Assembly: GCA_963823555.1 (NCBI GenBank)
Contig: CAWGMA010000001.1
Location: forward strand, 832,001-896,000
From: Candidatus Eiseniibacteriota bacterium
Lineage (GTDB): Bacteria > Eisenbacteria > RBG-16-71-46 > CAVPCR01
Length of the DNA stretch: 64,000 bases
Reading direction: 5' to 3'
Below the pieces are notes generated by a model. It was given only the letters and a program-made list of their open reading frames with translations, searched no databases and was not told where the DNA came from. Shown piece by piece: positions 23,797-32,666 of the stretch (position 1 is the stretch's first letter; each line of letters begins with the position of its first letter). A program made the translations under genes and the position numbers.

Positions 23797-24594
23797 TCAG
23801 GATCCTGGCATCGGCAGGAGCACCTGGGCTTGCAGGCGAAGTTGCCAGTCGGGGCCGACATCGGGTTTGACGACGTTGTAGTAGGCCTGCGACTGCACGT
23901 TGAGCGGCAGCTTGCCCAGGAAGAGCAGCTTGCCTCCTCCCGCCCCGAACGGCACCACCCACCGCTGATCGGACTCGGCCTTCCAGTTCACCGTGATGAT
24001 GGGCGCGCTGTTCACGTACCAGCCGTTGCCGAGCTGGCGGACGATGAAGTACTGGAGGAGACCTCTGTTCACGTCGTCACGATCCGAGTCGCCGGCGAAC
24101 GACCACACGTTGTTGGCCAGGAGCCCCAACGTCCAGGGGCCGTTCTGAGACAGGACGACAGCGGACGGCCCCAGGCTCCACTTCTCCGTGCCGCGGTGTT
24201 CTCCACCAGAGGGGATCTCGAGCACGGGTCCCACACCCCATGTCACCGATCCGCTGGGCGGTACGTAGAACGCTGTGAACACGATGTCAGACAGGCCTGA
24301 AGAGAAGCGGCCACTCTCGGCCGTGATGTCGGGTAGCCACACGACGGGGAAGATGGTGCGGGTCACGATCCGCCCCCCGGCCAGCGGGATGACGGGCTGG
24401 ATGTTCAGCACGTTCCGGGTGCGATCGAACTCGCCGAGTCCGAAGTCATCGTTGAGCTGTAGCGGCACGCTCACGAGGTCAGCGATCGGATTGGCTGCCT
24501 CTTGCGCCAGGTCCTGGGCGGATTGCTGCGCAGGAGAGATCCGCGGCGTCATCAGCAGCAAGAACAGGACGCCGATCACGAACGACCTTGGCAC
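23797..24594 (-). CDS. Putative outer-membrane beta-barrel ('neuromedin U'/MetA-pathway-like family)
   Basis: Signal peptide; LAQEAANPIADLVSVPLQ, LNIQPVIP, GLSDI, KWSLGPS, WVVPFGAGGGK; GTG start after GGAGG. Confidence 0.75.
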   Translation of the reverse strand: MPRSFVIGVLFLLLMTPRISPAQQSAQDLAQEAANPIADLVSVPLQLNDDFGLGEFDRTRNVLNIQPVIPLAGGRIVTRTIFPVVWLPDITAESGRFSSGLSDIVFTAFYVPPSGSVTWGVGPVLEIPSGGEHRGTEKWSLGPSAVVLSQNGPWTLGLLANNVWSFAGDSDRDDVNRGLLQYFIVRQLGNGWYVNSAPIITVNWKAESDQRWVVPFGAGGGKLLFLGKLPLNVQSQAYYNVVKPDVGPDWQLRLQAQVLLPMPGS

Positions 24595-24794
24595 TCTTTC
24601 GCCTCCCTGGCTGAAGTCTCGCATTGCGCGATCGGCCCGATGATCCCAGCTCCTCACGCTCTCCGCACCTCGGCAAGTCCTCACATCTAGCACTCGCTTC
24701 CCCACGGTCAACGCGCCCACGTCCCTGGCAGGTGCCCGGAAGGGCCGCCTGAGCCCTGTTGGCGGCGCGATGCCCAATGGCCACCGCGAGAACA

Positions 24795-24845
24795 TCACTG
24801 CTTGTAGGTGCCCTTGATATCGCCCCAGCGTACGGGCTCCTCCGG
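24795..24845 (-). pseudogene. Orphan 3' gene remnant encoding a WGxIKxxY tail
   Basis: Minus strand reads PEEPVRWGDIKGTYKQ-stop with no credible protein body upstream. Confidence 0.45.
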
Positions 24846-24960
24846 CCTCCTCTCGCCGGCGATCGCGATGCGACGAGCGCTGCACGGGCCGTCCAGGCTC
24901 CGGGGCCGGGAGCGTGGAGAGACTGGGCGAAGCCCCCCCGGCCAGTGCCCCGCCCCCTTC

Positions 24961-25009
24961 TTGACAGACTGCGACGTTTGTCGCATATTATGCGCGACAA
25001 ATGTCGCAG
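24961..25009 (+). promoter_or_regulatory. Sigma70 promoter overlapped by two palindromic BlaI/CopY-type operators
   Basis: TTGACA at 24961; CATATT/TATTAT at 24984-24991; dyads GCGACGTTTGTCGC (24971-24984) and GCGACAAATGTCGC (24994-25007). Confidence 0.75.
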
Positions 25010-25077
25010 AAGCTTCCGTTCAGGGTGGATAGGCCACCGCGGCCCCGCTTCCGGGGCCGCCCGGCCAGGGAGGAACC

Positions 25078-25515
25078 ATGGGCGAGCCGCTGCCCGATCT
25101 CTCTCGATTCGAGCTCGAGGTGCTGCGCCGGGTGTGGACCCGGGGCGAAGCGACGGCGCGCGACATCCACGCCGATCTCCCGTCCCCGCCGAGCTACTCC
25201 ACCGTGCGCAAGATCTTCGAGCGCCTGGAGGAGAAGGGGGCCATCCTCCGTGTCCGCCGGGACGGGAGGGCATGGGTCTATCGCTCGGCGGTCAAGTCCT
25301 CGGCCATGATCCAGAAGGAGATCCGGCGTCTCCTGGACGGCCTCTTCGGTGGTCGGGCGGCCTCGCTCGTCGCCCATCTCGCCGAGATGGATGAACTGAG
25401 CCTCGCCGATATCCGCGAGATCGAGAGTCTCCTCGACACCGAGCGACCGCACGAGAACGCCCCGGATACCGCTCGCGGCGAAGGGCGACCGCAGCGCACA
25501 AGGAGGCCGGCATGA
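25078..25515 (+). CDS. BlaI/MecI/CopY family transcriptional repressor
   Basis: LSRFELEVLRRVW, SYSTVRKIFERLEEKG, LLDGLFGGRAASLVAHL; GGAGG RBS. Confidence 0.92.
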   Translation: MGEPLPDLSRFELEVLRRVWTRGEATARDIHADLPSPPSYSTVRKIFERLEEKGAILRVRRDGRAWVYRSAVKSSAMIQKEIRRLLDGLFGGRAASLVAHLAEMDELSLADIREIESLLDTERPHENAPDTARGEGRPQRTRRPA

Positions 25516-26906
25516 ACTCCCTCGCTGTCTTCCTGCAAGATGTCTGGTTCGCCGTCGGAGTTCACCTCTGGCAGACCGCGATCGTTCTCGTTCCGGTCCT
25601 CGTCCTGGCGCGCTGGTTCGCTCGGGTGCCGGCCCGCGCCCTCGACATCCTGTGGGGGCTCGCGCTCCTCAAGCTGCTCCTTCCGGCCGCTTTCATCGCG
25701 GAACTCATGGCTCTGCCCGCTCACATCGCGCCGCTGCTGTCCAGGCTCGGCCTTGCCACCGTGTCTCCAGCCGATACCTGGATTCGTGTCATCGACCCCT
25801 CGCTCGGGGTCACGGCAACCGCGCGCGATTCGACGCTGCTCGGACCGGCTCTTCTCCTCCTGACCGTGCTCTGGGCGGTGGTGGCGGTGGTGTCGATCCT
25901 ACGATCGGTCAAGGAGCTCGGCCGGCCTGACGCAACCGAGGTGGTTGCCCTGGCCGGACCGCAGCGGATCAAGCTCGAGCGGGCAGCGGCCGCCGCCGGG
26001 GTTCCCATCGAGAGCATCGTGGTCCATGGCAGGGACACGCTGCCCTTCGTCACGGGCCTCCTCAGCCCGCGCCTTCATCTTCCATCTCGCCTGGTCCACG
26101 AGATGACGAACGAGGACCTGGTTGCGGTTCTCCTTCACGAGCACGCTCACGCTCGCCGGCGGGATCCGCTCCGGCGCGCCCTCTACCGCGCTCTCGATGC
26201 GGTGTTGTTCTTCTACCCCGTGTGGTGGTTCTTGCGGGGGAAGCTCGAGGAGAGCGCCGAGCTGGTCTGTGATGACTTCGTGCTGCGGGCTGGGGTCCCG
26301 GCCGAGAGCTACAGCCGCGCCCTGGCCCGCTGCCTCGCCTCGAACCTCGTGGCAGACAGGCCGTCCTTTGCGGCGGCGATGGCGGAAGGCGGATTTCTCA
26401 AGCGCCGTCTCATCTCCTTGACGAGACGGGGGAGGTTCACAGTGATGAGTCGCTCTGGAATCATGCTGCTATCGGCCCTGGTTCTGGTCACGGCTGGATC
26501 CCTGGCGCCCGTCGTGATCACGGGTTGCGGGTCCGAGTCCGATCAGACGGCAGGGACGGAGTCGCCCGTGTCGAGCCCGGCGGCGACCGTGGCCGTGACG
26601 AAGGAAGGCGCCGCAGCGGACATGCAGGAGCTTGATGAGATGCCGAAGCTCATCGAGATGGGGAAGGTCGAGTACCCCGAGTCGGCGCGGAAGGCGGGTG
26701 CCGAGGGGATGGTCTTGATCAAGGCCAAGGTCTCGGCGGAAGGCAAGGTCGCCGAGGCCGAGATCGAATCGGGTGTGGAAGGCTACCCCGAGCTTGGAGA
26801 CTCGGCCCTGAACGCGGTGCGCGAGGCAACCTTCACGCCGGGCATCCTCGACGGGAAGCCTGTCGAGAGCTGGGTCAAGATCCCGGTCAAGTTCGCGCTC
26901 AATTAG
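25512..26906 (+). CDS. BlaR1-like M56 metallopeptidase fused to a C-terminal TonB domain
   Basis: ATGA overlap with the repressor gene; HLWQ, PFVTGLLSP, LLHEHAH (HExxH), FFYPVWW, ELVCD; C-terminal YPESARKAGAEGMV..F.PG..GKPV..IPVKF. Confidence 0.88.
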   Translation: MNSLAVFLQDVWFAVGVHLWQTAIVLVPVLVLARWFARVPARALDILWGLALLKLLLPAAFIAELMALPAHIAPLLSRLGLATVSPADTWIRVIDPSLGVTATARDSTLLGPALLLLTVLWAVVAVVSILRSVKELGRPDATEVVALAGPQRIKLERAAAAAGVPIESIVVHGRDTLPFVTGLLSPRLHLPSRLVHEMTNEDLVAVLLHEHAHARRRDPLRRALYRALDAVLFFYPVWWFLRGKLEESAELVCDDFVLRAGVPAESYSRALARCLASNLVADRPSFAAAMAEGGFLKRRLISLTRRGRFTVMSRSGIMLLSALVLVTAGSLAPVVITGCGSESDQTAGTESPVSSPAATVAVTKEGAAADMQELDEMPKLIEMGKVEYPESARKAGAEGMVLIKAKVSAEGKVAEAEIESGVEGYPELGDSALNAVREATFTPGILDGKPVESWVKIPVKFALN

Positions 26907-26940
26907 TCGGGGCTGCTCGTTGCTGGCGCGCCGCCCCGCG

Positions 26941-28170
26941 CTAGATCGCCGCGGTGACCGCTTCGAGGAGCCGCTCCGCCTCGGCCGCCGTGTTGTAGTG
27001 CACGAAGCTCGCGCGCACCACTCCCTCCTCGGGGGCGAAGCCGAGGGCGTGGCAGAGGTGATAGGCGTACATGTGGCCGTTGCGCACCGCGATGCCGGCG
27101 CGCTGGATGGCGGCGGCGATCTCGCTCGAGCGCCGCCTGGCGCTGACGAAGCTGATCGTGGGAACGCGTGAGCGATCGGTGGTGGGGGGGCCGATGAGGC
27201 GGATGCCAGGGATCTCGCCGAGGCCCCGGATCACGCTTTCTTGAAGTGGGAGCTCGAGGGCGCTCATCGTGGCGAAGGCGTTCTCGATCGTCTTCCGATC
27301 GCGCTCCACTCTTTCCGTCCCGGTCACGAATGCGAGGTAGTCCGCCAGGGCGAGGATCCCGGCGCAGCCCTCGTGCGAGGGCCCGCCCAGCTCGAACTTG
27401 TAGGGAAGCTCCTCCTTGGGAACGAAGAAGTGGTTGGGCCCGGTGAGCTCGGCCACCGCATCCGCTCGGCCGTAGAGCGCCGCCATGTGCGGCCCGTAGA
27501 CCTTGTAGGTCGAGTAGGCGTACCAGTCGACATCCCAGCGATCGACGTCGATCGCCCGGTGCGGGGCATAAGCCACGCCATCGACGACCACGCGCGCGCC
27601 GGCGTCATGGGCGAGCCGGGTGATCGCCGCCACGTCCACGACGTCGCCGAGCAAGTTCGAGACATGGGGGAAGGCGACGAGTGCGGTGCGCGGGGAGAGG
27701 AGCCGCTCGAGCTCGGGAAGCGGGCAGGTGAAGGTCTCGGGATCGACCCGCCAGTGACGGACGACGATACCCAGGCGCTCGAGCCGTGTCCACGGCCCGT
27801 GGTTGGCCTCGTGCGCGGTCTCGGCGAGGATGATCTCCCGACCGGGGCGCAGCACCTCGGCATAGCTGTCGGCCAGCATGCGCAGGAGCGCCGAGGTCGA
27901 CCCGCCGAGGATCACGTGCCCGCGGCCGCCATTCATGAACAAGCGCACGAACTCGTGCGCGTCATGGATGAGCTGGGTGCAGAAATCGGAGAGCGGGTAG
28001 CCGGCACCGACCTGGACGTAGGTCTCGAGCATGTAGTCGCGCATGCGCTCGGCGACCACGCGCGGCACTTGCGATCCCCCGGCGTTCTCGAGGAAGATGA
28101 GCTCCCCGGCCAGGGCGGGGAAGGCCTGGCGCAGGCGATCGACGGTGGCGTTCACGGTGGAGGGGTTCAT
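26941..28170 (-). CDS. Class V aminotransferase / cysteine desulfurase-like protein
   Basis: ENAGGSQ, HEAN..W, SNLLG, VDGVAYAPH, STYKVYGPH (PLP lysine), VRASFVHYNT. Confidence 0.9.
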   Translation of the reverse strand: MNPSTVNATVDRLRQAFPALAGELIFLENAGGSQVPRVVAERMRDYMLETYVQVGAGYPLSDFCTQLIHDAHEFVRLFMNGGRGHVILGGSTSALLRMLADSYAEVLRPGREIILAETAHEANHGPWTRLERLGIVVRHWRVDPETFTCPLPELERLLSPRTALVAFPHVSNLLGDVVDVAAITRLAHDAGARVVVDGVAYAPHRAIDVDRWDVDWYAYSTYKVYGPHMAALYGRADAVAELTGPNHFFVPKEELPYKFELGGPSHEGCAGILALADYLAFVTGTERVERDRKTIENAFATMSALELPLQESVIRGLGEIPGIRLIGPPTTDRSRVPTISFVSARRRSSEIAAAIQRAGIAVRNGHMYAYHLCHALGFAPEEGVVRASFVHYNTAAEAERLLEAVTAAI

Positions 28171-28240
28171 GGCAGGGAAGATAGCCGGTGCGGGTGACTG
28201 GGCTCAAGCGATTGCCGAGATCTCGTGGGGCCGCATCGCG

Positions 28241-29248
28241 ATGGCCGCGCTGATGGCGGGTTTCCTTCTCGCGCTCTTCCTCGCGGCCGCAGCCTGGGCC
28301 GGTGCCCCTCAGCTCCCCGATCCCATCACCGTCCACGTCTTCTACGACCACGACATCCACTTCGCTCCTGCCGACTCGAGCCGATACGACACGGGGGCCG
28401 TGACCGCAACGCATGGCGGTCGCGTCATCACCCGCATGGTCGAGCTGCCGCGCTGCGAGTATCCAGTGCGGATCACCGCCACCGTGGCCGTGCGGCCCAT
28501 CGCCAAGGACGAAACCGATGTCCACGATCGCTGGGACCGCGCCGGGAACGTGCGTCTCCGGGTTCCCGGTCGGTCCGATGTGGAGATCGTCAAGTTCATC
28601 ACCGCATACGGGGGCGCGACCGAGTATCAGCTCGACGTCACCGAGCTCGGGCCGCTTCTCACCGGCCGCGCCACCTTTCACGGATTCATCGATACCTGGG
28701 TGAGTCCGGCCTGGAAGATGGACTTCAGCCTCTGCTTCGCCCCGCTCGCGGACAGCCTGATCACCGGTTGGGTGGAGCCGGTCTTCTACGAGGAATCGCT
28801 CACCGCCGAGCGGCTGAGGGGGGATGGTGTGCTGAGTACCGTCGAGATTCCGCCCTCCGGCGGCCGCGTGGTCCTCCGCTACCTCGCCTCCGGGCACTGC
28901 ACGGACGGCCGCGGCGCCGACGAGTTCGAGACCAGGGACCACGTGATCACCGTCGACGGCCGCGAGGTGGCGCGGCTAAGGCCCTGGCGCGCGGACTGCA
29001 AGCAGTTTCGCGCCGTGAACCCGTATTGCCGGCGCTGGTCGGATGGTAGCTGGTCGGCCGACTACAGCCGGAGCGGGTGGTGCCCGGGAGATCAAGTCCT
29101 CCCCGAGGAGGTCGATCTGAGCTCGTTCCTTGAACCGGGCCGGCATACGCTGGGCGTGAACGTTCGCGGCGTGCGGCCCAAGGGCGAGGACGGGCACTTC
29201 GGTTACTGGCGCGTGTCGGCGGCGCTCGTCGGCTACTCCAGGCCATAG
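28241..29248 (+). CDS. Peptide-N-glycosidase F-related secreted protein
   Basis: Signal peptide; DRWDRAGNV, EIVKFITAYG, SGH..DEF, PWRADC...NP, YSRSGWCPG. Start position uncertain. Confidence 0.8.
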   Translation: MAALMAGFLLALFLAAAAWAGAPQLPDPITVHVFYDHDIHFAPADSSRYDTGAVTATHGGRVITRMVELPRCEYPVRITATVAVRPIAKDETDVHDRWDRAGNVRLRVPGRSDVEIVKFITAYGGATEYQLDVTELGPLLTGRATFHGFIDTWVSPAWKMDFSLCFAPLADSLITGWVEPVFYEESLTAERLRGDGVLSTVEIPPSGGRVVLRYLASGHCTDGRGADEFETRDHVITVDGREVARLRPWRADCKQFRAVNPYCRRWSDGSWSADYSRSGWCPGDQVLPEEVDLSSFLEPGRHTLGVNVRGVRPKGEDGHFGYWRVSAALVGYSRP

Positions 29249-29455
29249 CGGCCTCTCCGCCTCTTGACGAGCACGAGCCGCGCACGAGCCCGTTCGAGGT
29301 GAACCCGCGATCCCGGTTGCTGCTATTGTCCTCGCGGAGACGAGTCTGGCCCCGAGGCTCGGGAGCGCCGGCCGTGCCGGCGCGAGTCAGGCCCCGCTCC
29401 GCCCGGCGGGCGGATCCGAGGCCGAGTTCCGGTCCAGGATGGACTGGCCAAGGGG

Positions 29456-31960
29456 ATGGAACCCATGCGCTTGCCGCGTCTCATCGTTCTCGTTGTCGCG
29501 GGTCTGATTCTGGTCGTCGGGGCCGGATTCCTCCTCCTGCGTGTCATCTTTCCCCCCCAGCGGATACGGGCCGAGGTCGTCAAGCGGGCCGAGGCTGCGA
29601 CCGGCTATGACCTCGCCCTCGAGGACGCCGGCCTCCACCTCTCCCTGCGCGGGATCGAGGTGCGTCTCGAAGGCGTTTCGGTGCGCCATCCGGCGCGTGC
29701 CACCGAGGATCCGGTGCTCCGTCTCGAGCGTCTCGATCTCGGGGTCGAGCTGTTTCCGCTGCTGGCGCGCGAGCTCAAGGTCACGCGGCTTTCGCTCACG
29801 AAACCGCGGGTCTTCCTCTACAAGGATGCGCGCGGCGTCTTGAACGCCAAGGTCGAGCGGCCGGTGTCCCAGGCCGGCCAGGCGCCGGCGGGCGAGAAGA
29901 CAGCCGGCCTTCTCGTCGCCGTGCCGGCAGCACACATCGAGGATGGCACTCTCCTCTACATCGATGAGGCGACGCGAACGCAGTATGCCGTCGAAGGCCT
30001 GACCGGCGATCTCAAAGCCCGGGTCGACGCGGACACCGTGCGGCTCGGCGCTGACCTGGCGATCGGCGGCGTGCGCGCCGACATGAGATCCGGCGGGGGA
30101 GCAGCCTATGGACCGCTTCCGCTCGCTCTCAAGGCCGAACTCGCGCACGCTCCCGGAACCGGCGTCACCCTCGTGCGTGGCGCCGAACTCGGTCTGGCCG
30201 CCATCCAGCTCCGGGTCGATGGCCGGATCGACTCGCCGCCCCCCGCCCCTGGCGCCAAGGCCGAGCCGGTGCTCGATCTCAGCCTCGTATCCGGTGAGTT
30301 CGAGCCGGAGAAGGTGCTCTCGCTGGTCGGTCAGACCCTGCCGCAGGGCCTCCGAGTCGCCGGCAAGGCCAAGCTCTCGGCCACGGTTCGCGGGCCGGCC
30401 AAGACCGCCGACATGGCGGGCTCGCTGACGCTATCGGGCGTCGACGTGACTCCCCCGGACCGCTCCGGACCGCTCCTGACCGGAGTTGCCGGCGAGATCG
30501 GCTTCACGCGCACCACCCTCGCGGCGCGGAACATGCGTGGGGCCCTGGCCGGCACTCCATTCCAGATGTCGGCCACGGTCGAGAACTTCGCCAAGCCCGA
30601 GGTCACCGGAGATTTCTCCTTCACCGCCAAGCTCACCGATCTCGCCGCGCTCGCGACTCTGCCGCCGGGGATGGCGATCGAGAGCGGCACGCTCGCCGCC
30701 GATCTCGATTTCGCCACGCGCGCGCCCGACTTCGTGCGTTCACTCTCGCTCCGCGGCACCGCGCGCGGCGAGAACATCGCCGGCAAGCTGCCGGCGGTCG
30801 CGGTTCCGCTCGGCGATCTCGATTTCGATGCTCGCCTCTCCGGGCGCCAGGGCACGATCGAGCCCTTCCGGATGACGCTCGGCCGTTCCGACCTGAGCGG
30901 CCGGCTCGCGCTCTCGAGCCTCGATCCGCCGCGCCTGGACTTCGCTTTGAACGGAAAGCGAATCGACCTCGATGAGCTCATGGGCCCGCAGCAGGAACGA
31001 GAGCCAGCCACCACCACAGCCGCAGAGAAGGACGAGAAACCGTTCGCGGTTCCCATGCGCGGCACGGTCCGGGCCGATGAGCTCATCTACAAGGGGCTCG
31101 TCGCGCGCAATGCGAGCTTCATCGTCGCGCTCGACGAGGGCGGGCTCCGCCTGGACCAGATGCACGCCGCTCTTCTTGGCGGCACCGTGGACGGCAACGT
31201 CGTGGTCAACCTCGCCGATCCGGACTCGGTGCGCTACACCTCGGATCTCCAGGTGAAGGGCGTTGAGGCCAACGAGATCCTCACCGCCACCACACCGATC
31301 AAGAACCTGATTCACGGCAAGCTCGATGGGACGCTCGACCTGGCCGGGGTCAAGGCCGGAGATTCGACACCGCTAGCGCTCCTCGACGGGCTCGGGAATG
31401 CCACGGTGAGCGAGGGCTACTTCGCCGCGGACGGCCCCCTCGGCATGATCGCGAGCCAGATGGGACTCCTGGCCGACGGCCAGAGCCAGATCGACTTCCA
31501 GCGTCTGGTCGCGGCGTTCCAGGTGGACCACGGTCGCGTCAAGTTCCGGGATACCAAGATCGGATCGGCCCGCTCGGGCGAGTTCAATGTGAGCGGATCC
31601 CTGGGGCTCGACGGGACTCTCGACTACGCGGTGGCCGCCCTTTTGCCCAAGCGCTACCTGCCGCCCGATGTGACGCGCCGCCCGGAGCTGGTCGCGCTCG
31701 TCACCGATGGCTCAGGGCGTGTGCCGGTGGATTTCCGGATCACGGGGACCGTCCGCGATCCCCAGGTGACGGTCGACCTCGAGAAGATCCAGAAGCGGGT
31801 GGTCGCGGGTGCCGAGAAGCGGGTCGAGGCAGAGGTGCAGAAGGAAGTCACCAAGCAGTTCGACAAGGCGGTCAAGGAAGCTGCAAAGGGGCTCGAAGGG
31901 CTCTTCGGGAAGAAGAAGCCGGCCGCCAGCGACAGCGGAAAGGCGGCGCCCCCGCGGTGA
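29456..31960 (+). CDS. AsmA family protein
   Basis: N-terminal TM helix, LFPLL..ELKV, long beta-rich body, C-terminal GSLGLDGTLDY..VPVDFRITGTVRDPQV. Confidence 0.85.
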   Translation: MEPMRLPRLIVLVVAGLILVVGAGFLLLRVIFPPQRIRAEVVKRAEAATGYDLALEDAGLHLSLRGIEVRLEGVSVRHPARATEDPVLRLERLDLGVELFPLLARELKVTRLSLTKPRVFLYKDARGVLNAKVERPVSQAGQAPAGEKTAGLLVAVPAAHIEDGTLLYIDEATRTQYAVEGLTGDLKARVDADTVRLGADLAIGGVRADMRSGGGAAYGPLPLALKAELAHAPGTGVTLVRGAELGLAAIQLRVDGRIDSPPPAPGAKAEPVLDLSLVSGEFEPEKVLSLVGQTLPQGLRVAGKAKLSATVRGPAKTADMAGSLTLSGVDVTPPDRSGPLLTGVAGEIGFTRTTLAARNMRGALAGTPFQMSATVENFAKPEVTGDFSFTAKLTDLAALATLPPGMAIESGTLAADLDFATRAPDFVRSLSLRGTARGENIAGKLPAVAVPLGDLDFDARLSGRQGTIEPFRMTLGRSDLSGRLALSSLDPPRLDFALNGKRIDLDELMGPQQEREPATTTAAEKDEKPFAVPMRGTVRADELIYKGLVARNASFIVALDEGGLRLDQMHAALLGGTVDGNVVVNLADPDSVRYTSDLQVKGVEANEILTATTPIKNLIHGKLDGTLDLAGVKAGDSTPLALLDGLGNATVSEGYFAADGPLGMIASQMGLLADGQSQIDFQRLVAAFQVDHGRVKFRDTKIGSARSGEFNVSGSLGLDGTLDYAVAALLPKRYLPPDVTRRPELVALVTDGSGRVPVDFRITGTVRDPQVTVDLEKIQKRVVAGAEKRVEAEVQKEVTKQFDKAVKEAAKGLEGLFGKKKPAASDSGKAAPPR

Positions 31961-32005
31961 GCAGGAACCACCTCCCGCCAGCGCGCCGCCGTGTCGGAGG
32001 TTCGA

Positions 32006-32638
32006 TCAGAACGGATCGCCGCGGCCCAGGATGAGGGCGTCGATCTGCCGGATCGTCCACCGCCCGGTGAGGGGCGCCTCGGCGTTCGTGGCATCGAACG
32101 TGATGGCAAGACCGAGTACGAACTCCCCGTGCTGGAAGACCGGCAGAAGGCCGTTCTCCGCGGTGGCCTCGATGGTCCCGGCCAGGGCCCGCGTGGTACC
32201 GGCGAGTTCCACCCGGGCATCATGCGTGGGCGCCGACTGGTAGATGGTGGGGTTGATGCTCGTGGTATCGCTCGGTGCAAGATAGAGGGCCACGAGCGCG
32301 AAGCCCAGGCCGCTCGTCGGGGTGCCCTCGAACTCGACGACGTAGTGGATCTCGACGCGCTCCATGTCGACCCGCTCGGCGATGCCGCTGCCGAGCGTGA
32401 CCATCTGTGGCTCGATCGTGGTGGGGGGGAGCCTGAGCCCCTCGGGCACCAGATAATCATCGCTCCGTTCGGACTCGGAGACAAAGGAAAGCACGTCGAC
32501 AGTCATGGCCACGTCGTTGCCACCGCAGCCGCCGAGGGTCAGGAGCATCCATGCGGCTGCGATCATGGTCAGGATCCGCCAGGCGGGGGCCCCTGGCTTC
32601 GATGCCGAAGCTCCGGCTCCGTAGCGTGCCCGCATCAT
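32006..32638 (-). CDS. Hypothetical lipoprotein
   Basis: Lipobox LGGC; AGGAGG upstream; co-oriented with 32667-34067. Confidence 0.55.
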   Translation of the reverse strand: MMRARYGAGASASKPGAPAWRILTMIAAAWMLLTLGGCGGNDVAMTVDVLSFVSESERSDDYLVPEGLRLPPTTIEPQMVTLGSGIAERVDMERVEIHYVVEFEGTPTSGLGFALVALYLAPSDTTSINPTIYQSAPTHDARVELAGTTRALAGTIEATAENGLLPVFQHGEFVLGLAITFDATNAEAPLTGRWTIRQIDALILGRGDPF

Positions 32639-32666
32639 CAGAATCGAATCCTCCTTGTTCTCCGCA

